A stretch of 64,000 bases of DNA from Tepidisphaera sp. (GTDB lineage: Bacteria; Planctomycetota; Phycisphaerae; Phycisphaerales; UBA1924). The notes under the pieces were generated by a model. That model did no database searches and was not told where the DNA came from. It saw nothing but the letters and a program-made list of their open reading frames with translations. A program made the translations under genes and the position numbers. The stretch is from the NCBI GenBank assembly GCA_050916045.1, contig CP051526.1, forward strand, positions 2,464,001-2,528,000, in the 5' to 3' direction. Positions 56,518-64,000 of this stretch are shown here, piece after piece (position 1 is the first letter of the stretch; each line of letters opens with the position of its first letter).

Positions 56518-57399
56518 TCAGCAGCCGGCTTCGAACGCCGCCACGAACGCGTCGTAGTCGAAGAAGTCCAGGAAGTTGTCGCCGTTGAAGTCCGGCTGGT
56601 TCCCGTTGCAGTCGCCGGTCTCAAAGCAGAGGACGTACTCGTCGTAGTCGAAGAAATCCAGGAACCCATCCCCGTTGAAGTCCGCTTGGCACTCGCCCCC
56701 GCCCGCTCCCGGCATCGACAGGATGAAGTCATACCCGGCCTGGTTGGACGCGGACCCGAAAGCCCGCCCGCCGACGGTCCCGATGATGCGGTACTCGCCC
56801 GGGGGGAGCGTGCCCGTCACGTCAAAGGTCGTTTGCTCGGCGGGGAGAAACTCGGAATAGAAGAGGATCGCCCAGTTGAACCCGTTGAACACCTGCAAGA
56901 TCACCGTCGACCCAAGATCCGGACCCGTCCGGAACCGTGAGCCCGTCAGCTGGTAGTCGATCTCGTGCTGCACCGTGAAGTTGAACTGAACGGAGTTGCC
57001 CGGGTTGGACGAGAACATCACCGCCGTCCCCGCTCCGGTCACCGAAGCGTCAAGATCGGAGACCGCGCTCGCGCTGATCGAATCGATCTCGTACGCCGGG
57101 CCCTGCACCGCGTAGGTGTACCGGATGTCCGCTCCGGTCGCCGCGCTGTACGGACGGGGCGGCTGGCCCGGCAGGGTGCCCGAGGTGCCCCCGGTAAACG
57201 TGAGGACTTCCGAATCGGACAGGAGAAGCGTGCTTCGGGCCCGCTGGTCGCTGCCTGAGTGCGTGTCCGCGCCGGCTCCGTACACATAGTTGTAATTGAG
57301 CGACGACGCCCGCCCGGTCAGGATCTGGGCCGAAACGTCGCCCGCTCCCAGTGTCGCCAAGACGCCGGTCGCCGCCACGGTCCACGAATTCAGTCGCAT
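56518..57399 (-). CDS. Secreted protein with GC-type dockerin tail
   Basis: Signal ..VSAQ, beta-rich body, tail CQADFNGDGFLDFFDY...PDFNGDNFLDFFDY..FEAGC. Confidence 0.8.
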   Translation of the reverse strand: MRLNSWTVAATGVLATLGAGDVSAQILTGRASSLNYNYVYGAGADTHSGSDQRARSTLLLSDSEVLTFTGGTSGTLPGQPPRPYSAATGADIRYTYAVQGPAYEIDSISASAVSDLDASVTGAGTAVMFSSNPGNSVQFNFTVQHEIDYQLTGSRFRTGPDLGSTVILQVFNGFNWAILFYSEFLPAEQTTFDVTGTLPPGEYRIIGTVGGRAFGSASNQAGYDFILSMPGAGGGECQADFNGDGFLDFFDYDEYVLCFETGDCNGNQPDFNGDNFLDFFDYDAFVAAFEAGC

Positions 57400-57552
57400 G
57401 GGTTCCTCCGCTTCGAGTCTCGCAGTCTACCGAAACCCGGGGGCGACGCCAGGGAGAAAGTGCAAAGCAGGCGGACCTGCGCTTCTCGGACGCTGTCGCT
57501 CGGGCCGGAAGCCGCCTCGGACCGGGAATCCCCGCCCGTTCTATCCTTGCCG

Positions 57553-58125
57553 ATGCACGCCGACCTGGAACGCACCCTGGTGACCCGTGAACAGATCGCT
57601 TTCCGCGTGTCGGAGATCGGCCGCCAGTTGGCGGCCGACCTCGCGGTGGACATGGCCGGCGACCGAGACGGCGCGGGCGGTGAGAACGTGGTGATCATCC
57701 CGGTCATGACGGGGGCGATGGTCTTTACCGCCGACCTCATCCGCCAACTCCCCATCAAGCTCAGCCTGGGGCTGGTCGCCGTGAGCAGCTACCCCGGAAA
57801 ATCCATGGAATCCAAGGGGGTCAAGATCGCAAGCGAGCTCCCCCACGACCTGGCGGGCAAGCACGTCGTGATCGTCGATGACATTCTCGACAGCGGCCAG
57901 ACCCTGGGCGTCGTCCGCGAACTGATCGAACGCCAGAAGCCCGCGAGCGTGCGGTGCTGCGTGCTGCTCAAGAAGCCCGAATCCGCCCGCAAGCGGCACG
58001 TCGACGTCGAGTACGTCGGATTCGAGATCCCCGACGCTTTCGTCGTCGGCTACGGCCTGGACTACGACGGGTACTACCGCAACCACCCCGAGATCGCGAC
58101 GCTCAAGCTCGACGTGCTGAAGTAA
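57553..58125 (+). CDS. hpt: Hypoxanthine phosphoribosyltransferase
   Basis: VSSY, VIVDDILDSGQTL, FVVGYGLDY..YRN.P. Confidence 0.95.
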   Translation: MHADLERTLVTREQIAFRVSEIGRQLAADLAVDMAGDRDGAGGENVVIIPVMTGAMVFTADLIRQLPIKLSLGLVAVSSYPGKSMESKGVKIASELPHDLAGKHVVIVDDILDSGQTLGVVRELIERQKPASVRCCVLLKKPESARKRHVDVEYVGFEIPDAFVVGYGLDYDGYYRNHPEIATLKLDVLK

Positions 58126-58138
58126 CCTCAAGCAAAGA

Positions 58139-58168
58139 CAGAGCCCGCGCCGTGGGGCGCGGGCTCTG
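58139..58168. terminator. Hairpin terminator between convergent genes
   Basis: CAGAGCCCGCGCC-GTGG-GGCGCGGGCTCTG perfect 13-bp stem. Confidence 0.75.
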
Positions 58169-58199
58169 CATGATCCGAAAGTCATGTGGCCGTCTTCAC

Positions 58200-59108
58200 T
58201 CAGCGGCGACGGCGGCCCGCCGCCAGCGCGCCCAGCCCGAGGAGAGCGAACGTGCCGGGGGTGGGGACGTTCCCGCCGTAGAACGGCAGGTGCACTTCGC
58301 CCGACTGATTGAACGAGCTCACAAAGACCGAGCCGTCGATCGCCGTCGAGTTGGTGAGGTGAGCGAGCGGAGCGAGGATCGCGCCGTTGAAGTTGCGGTC
58401 CAGGCTGATCGTGGTCGCTTCGAAGAAGTTCCAGATCACGTTCGTGCGGGCGAAGGTGGAAGTCCAGCTTCCGACCATGTTGCCGTTGTTGAAGTTCACG
58501 GTCGTGCCCGCGACGTTGATGACGATCTGGGACGCGCCGTTGATGTCGAGCTCGATCTGCTGGATCAGGCTGTTGTTGAAGACGTTCCCGGCGTTCACCG
58601 AGAAGACCGCGATGCCGTCAAGCCCGGCGTTGGCGGTGTACCGCACCGCGCCCGGCTGGCCGCCGGGGAAGGTCGCGACGCTGTCGGCCGCGAGGGACCG
58701 CAGGCTGCTCGAAAGCGTCACCATCTCGCTGGCCATCGTCGTGCGGAGGGCGCCGAGCGTGTTGTCCTGACGGATCACACCCCCGCCGTTGCGGTTGACG
58801 TTGCCGCTGACCGCGCCGCCGTGGGCGAAGTTGCCGGCTTGCAGGTTGATATTCGACACCGTGGTCGTGCCGACGACCGCGAGGGAGTCGCGGTTCAGCC
58901 ACGCGCCGGCGCTGAGGTTCTTCGCGATGGTCGGCGAGCCGCCCGTGAAGTTGCCCCCGCAGAAGGCGTTGCCCTCCACGTCCTGGCTGTTGTTGTTCCA
59001 GTTGTTCAGAACGATCAGGTTCCAGGAGTTGATCACCCCGGCCTGCGCGGCGGAAACCGCGATACCACCGACGGCCATGGCCGCCGCCAACGAACGGATA
59101 TTCGACAT
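58200..59108 (-). CDS. Choice-of-anchor A family protein with PEP-CTERM-like tail
   Basis: WNLIV, DVEG....GN, IVINV.G, VIWNF, GAILAP.A, E.HLP; tail VPTPGTFALLGLGALAAGRRRR. Confidence 0.85.
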   Translation of the reverse strand: MSNIRSLAAAMAVGGIAVSAAQAGVINSWNLIVLNNWNNNSQDVEGNAFCGGNFTGGSPTIAKNLSAGAWLNRDSLAVVGTTTVSNINLQAGNFAHGGAVSGNVNRNGGGVIRQDNTLGALRTTMASEMVTLSSSLRSLAADSVATFPGGQPGAVRYTANAGLDGIAVFSVNAGNVFNNSLIQQIELDINGASQIVINVAGTTVNFNNGNMVGSWTSTFARTNVIWNFFEATTISLDRNFNGAILAPLAHLTNSTAIDGSVFVSSFNQSGEVHLPFYGGNVPTPGTFALLGLGALAAGRRRR

Positions 59109-59251
59109 GTCTGACGCTCTCCTATATGCCCCGGCTTTCGCCGCAGGCGTCTCTCTGCGAGCAACGATATTCGCGTCGATCGCCCTGTGTGTTCCCTTCG
59201 CGCAAATTCCGTCGGAGATTCTCCACCGACGCGAGGTATGATCCCGCACGG

Positions 59252-60391
59252 ATGACGCAGGAACGTTCCAAAACTTCCGAGAACTTCTCGACCGAACGCA
59301 CCCTCCTGACCGTGCGCCCCGCTCCGGTCAGCATCGCGGTCGGCCCCCTCATGTTCTGGACCGTCCTCGCGACCGCTTGCTTCTTCGGAGCCCTCACGCA
59401 CGGCCGTTGGGATCCCACCGGAGCCGCGTGGCCGCTGCTGGCCGCGGGCCTGATCACCTTTGGAGCCGTCCGGCTCATCTGGGAAGTCGCCGTCTGGTCC
59501 ACCACGACCTACACCCTCACCGATCGGCGCGTCAAAGCGAGGTTCGGCGTGCTCTCCCGCATCGAGGTCGAGATCCCGCACGAGAAGATCCAGAATGTCA
59601 CCCTGCTCAAGCGGCTCCGCGACCGCGTCGTCGGGGTCGGCAGCATCGGCATCGACTCCGCGGGTTCCGGCGGCGTTGAGATCTGGTGGCTCATGATCGC
59701 CGATGCGGACGCCGTCGCTTCCCAGGTGCGGGCCGCCCGCAACAACCTGCACGCCGCGATCAAGCCGCGCCGCCCGATCATCGTCGGCCTCACGGGCTCC
59801 ATCGGGGGTGGAAAGTCCACCGCCGCCCAGATCTTCCGCGAGCTTGGATGTCTCGTCATCGATTCCGACGCCGAAGCCAAAGCCGCACTTGACCTCCCCG
59901 AGGTCCGCTCGTCCCTTCAGGCCTGGTGGGGCGACCGCGTCATCGATCCCGCCGGACGCGTCGACCGCAAAGCCGTCGCGGAGATCGTCTTCCAGAACCC
60001 CGAGGAACGCGCCCGCCTCGAACGCCTCGTCCACCCCATCGTCCGCAAAAGCCGCGGCGAGATGATCGAGCGTGCCACCCACGAGGGTGCCTCGATGGTC
60101 GTCGTCGATGTCCCGCTCCTGTATGAAGCCAGCGTCGATTCCGAATGCGATGTCGTTGTTTTCATCGACGCTCCGCGCGAAGCCAGGCTAACCCGCATCG
60201 CCGCTCGCGGATGGAATCAGGGGGAACTCGAACGCCGCGAAGCCGCGCAGTTGCCCGTCGCCGACAAGAAAGCCCGCGCCGACGAACGCATCGAGAACGC
60301 GGGCTCCATCGACGACCTCCGCCGCGCCGTGACCGAGACCGCTGAACGGATCCGCTCCCGGCCGGCCAGAAAAGACGCCCCCGCCGCTTGA
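59252..60391 (+). CDS. coaE: Fusion: membrane bPH_2 (YdbS-like) domain + dephospho-CoA kinase
   Basis: TMs then YTLTDRR...GV.....IP.EKIQ; C-terminal GLTGSIGGGKST, IDSD, LE.LVHP, DVPLLYE, Q......K..AD..I.N. Confidence 0.88.
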   Translation: MTQERSKTSENFSTERTLLTVRPAPVSIAVGPLMFWTVLATACFFGALTHGRWDPTGAAWPLLAAGLITFGAVRLIWEVAVWSTTTYTLTDRRVKARFGVLSRIEVEIPHEKIQNVTLLKRLRDRVVGVGSIGIDSAGSGGVEIWWLMIADADAVASQVRAARNNLHAAIKPRRPIIVGLTGSIGGGKSTAAQIFRELGCLVIDSDAEAKAALDLPEVRSSLQAWWGDRVIDPAGRVDRKAVAEIVFQNPEERARLERLVHPIVRKSRGEMIERATHEGASMVVVDVPLLYEASVDSECDVVVFIDAPREARLTRIAARGWNQGELERREAAQLPVADKKARADERIENAGSIDDLRRAVTETAERIRSRPARKDAPAA

Positions 60392-60404
60392 CGCCGAACC
60401 GGGG

Positions 60405-60410
60405 TATACT
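60405..60410 (+). promoter_or_regulatory. Putative -10 element of rho, followed by a ~250-nt C-rich leader
   Basis: TATACT just downstream of the coaE stop. Confidence 0.45.
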
Positions 60411-60666
60411 CGTACGCGAGACGGCCCTGCGAGACATCAGTCGTGGAGCCGCCGCACCTTCCCCAGTACCCCCCGCCATGATCCCACGATGCCGATGTTG
60501 GTCGGCGTGATCGGGCGAGCGATCTTCCAAAGCATGACGCGGCCCCACACTCTCTGAGCGCTCCGTTCCCGGGCTTTCGCAAGCACCGGACCAGCCGCAA
60601 CACACCCATCCACAACCCGCGCTCCCCGCCGGTCCAATCTCACAGCGCAGTTTCCACGGACGATTT

Positions 60667-62775
<2,109 letters not shown>

Positions 62776-62880
62776 ACCCCGAGGGAAGGATCGCCGTAGC
62801 CAACTCCAAGCCCTCACGCTCGGGGCGTTCCCGAGAATCGCACCCGGAAAGGCCGCAAGCCCCAAGGACGGAGCCGGACG

Positions 62881-63198
62881 ATGAATCTCAGACGACTTTC
62901 GACCGTGAGCTTCCGGGCGGGTGTCTTTTCCGCCTGGTCTCTCGCGCTCTCGGTCGTCGGGCTTTGGCTTCTGCTCTGCCCGCCGCAGGAGGTGCCCGGC
63001 CTGGGCCCCTTCTGCACCTCCGCCGGCCTCGCCGCCCTCGCCGGCGGGCAGGTCCTGTTCATGACCATGGTCGCGGACCGATACTTCCCCAAAGCCCACC
63101 CGCGGCTGGTCGCCGCTCTGGAGATCATCGCGGCGGGCCTCTTCCTCGCCGGAGTCTCGGCGTTCATATGGCTCTCTCTCTCCGGAGGCGTGGAATGA
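62881..63198 (+). CDS. Small membrane protein (3 TM)
   Basis: GGAG before ATG; three hydrophobic segments; stop overlaps the next ATG. Confidence 0.65.
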   Translation: MNLRRLSTVSFRAGVFSAWSLALSVVGLWLLLCPPQEVPGLGPFCTSAGLAALAGGQVLFMTMVADRYFPKAHPRLVAALEIIAAGLFLAGVSAFIWLSLSGGVE

Positions 63199-64000
63199 CC
63201 CGTTCTGACCGTTCGCTCGCCACTGGCCGTGTCACCGCTCTGATCCTCACCCTCTTCGCGGGCGCCGCCGCTGCGGCCGCGTCCCAGCCCGCCACCACCC
63301 CGAAACCCGCCGCGACTCGGATCGCCGCCGCGTCTGAGGCAAACCTTCAAGCTCGGACCGCCCGCGCCGTCGCTCGCGTCGCCATGCTCGACCTTCGCCT
63401 GATCGACAACGCCTCCGAGCCCGACTACCAGATCGCCGACATCCTGCTCACCCTGGCTCAGGACTACGCACCCGACGACACCGACCTCATTCGCCGGAGG
63501 ATCGAAGCCAACTGGAACGCCGGTCGCTCCGAAGTGTCGCACGACCTGACCAAACGCCTCATCGCGCTGGACCCCTCCGACACCGTCGCCCAGCTCCGCT
63601 TCATCAGCGCCACCATCGCCAAGCGCCAGACCGCCTCCGAGCGCCTCGCCCTCTACGACAAGTTCTGTGCATCGACCAAGCTCGACCCCTCCGTGCGGAG
63701 CAGGCTCGCGATGGACGCCGCGCTGCTCGCCCGCGAGGGCGGCGAACTCGCGAAGTTCCGCGAATGGCTCAGGCTCGCCACCACACTCGACTCCACCAAC
63801 AAGGAAGCCGCGATGCTCGCGGTCTCCGTGTTCCAGGAGGAACACCCGGGCGACGCCCCCGGACTCATCGAGCTCCTGTCCAATCTGCTCATGGCTGATC
63901 CGCTCGACCCGCACGTCCACATGACCCTCTCCCGCGAACTCGCCAACCACGGAGCTTTCGAACAGGCAAGCCGCCTCCACGCCAACGCCCGCACCCTACT
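63195..64000 (+). CDS. Secreted TPR-like helical protein (3' end outside window)
   Basis: ATG 63195 with GGAGG upstream; signal-like MTRSDRS..LILTLFAGAAAAA; frame open to the window end with LDP.D / LDSTN TPR-like turns. Confidence 0.65.
   Translation, partial: MTRSDRSLATGRVTALILTLFAGAAAAAASQPATTPKPAATRIAAASEANLQARTARAVARVAMLDLRLIDNASEPDYQIADILLTLAQDYAPDDTDLIRRRIEANWNAGRSEVSHDLTKRLIALDPSDTVAQLRFISATIAKRQTASERLALYDKFCASTKLDPSVRSRLAMDAALLAREGGELAKFREWLRLATTLDSTNKEAAMLAVSVFQEEHPGDAPGLIELLSNLLMADPLDPHVHMTLSRELANHGAFEQASRLHANARTL

Overview
High-GC bacterial chromosomal segment, most likely Planctomycetota/Phycisphaerae (inferred from four GC-type dockerin-tailed secreted proteins, PEP-CTERM-like proteins and C-terminal CxxCxY..CPECG zinc-ribbon membrane proteins). 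It is mainly scattered housekeeping genes (hisS, atpD, lpxB, lolD, icd, uvrD/pcrA, gnd, zwf, rpmI-rplT, rpsB-tsf, motAB-like, ribH-nusB-ftsY, rsmH, thrS, nrdR, hpt, coaE, rho) with small accessory blocks. I saw no rRNA, tRNA, CRISPR array or transposase. The most notable unannotated signal is an intergenic, three-unit, ~100-bp-period structured RNA candidate on the minus strand (33680-33950). It alternates conserved CU-rich anti-Shine-Dalgarno-like linkers with hairpins, ends in a terminator and has a sigma54-like promoter positioned at its 5' edge. Other points of interest: a 104-aa orphan carrying a YopN/SctW-like chaperone-binding motif, TANNNT leaderless-type promoters before about 15 genes, a low-GC MauJ/HEPN-like gene behind thrS, a Rho with a prion-like Q/G/N/H domain, and a bPH_2-CoaE fusion. 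All family calls come from recognising motifs by eye; no database search was run.
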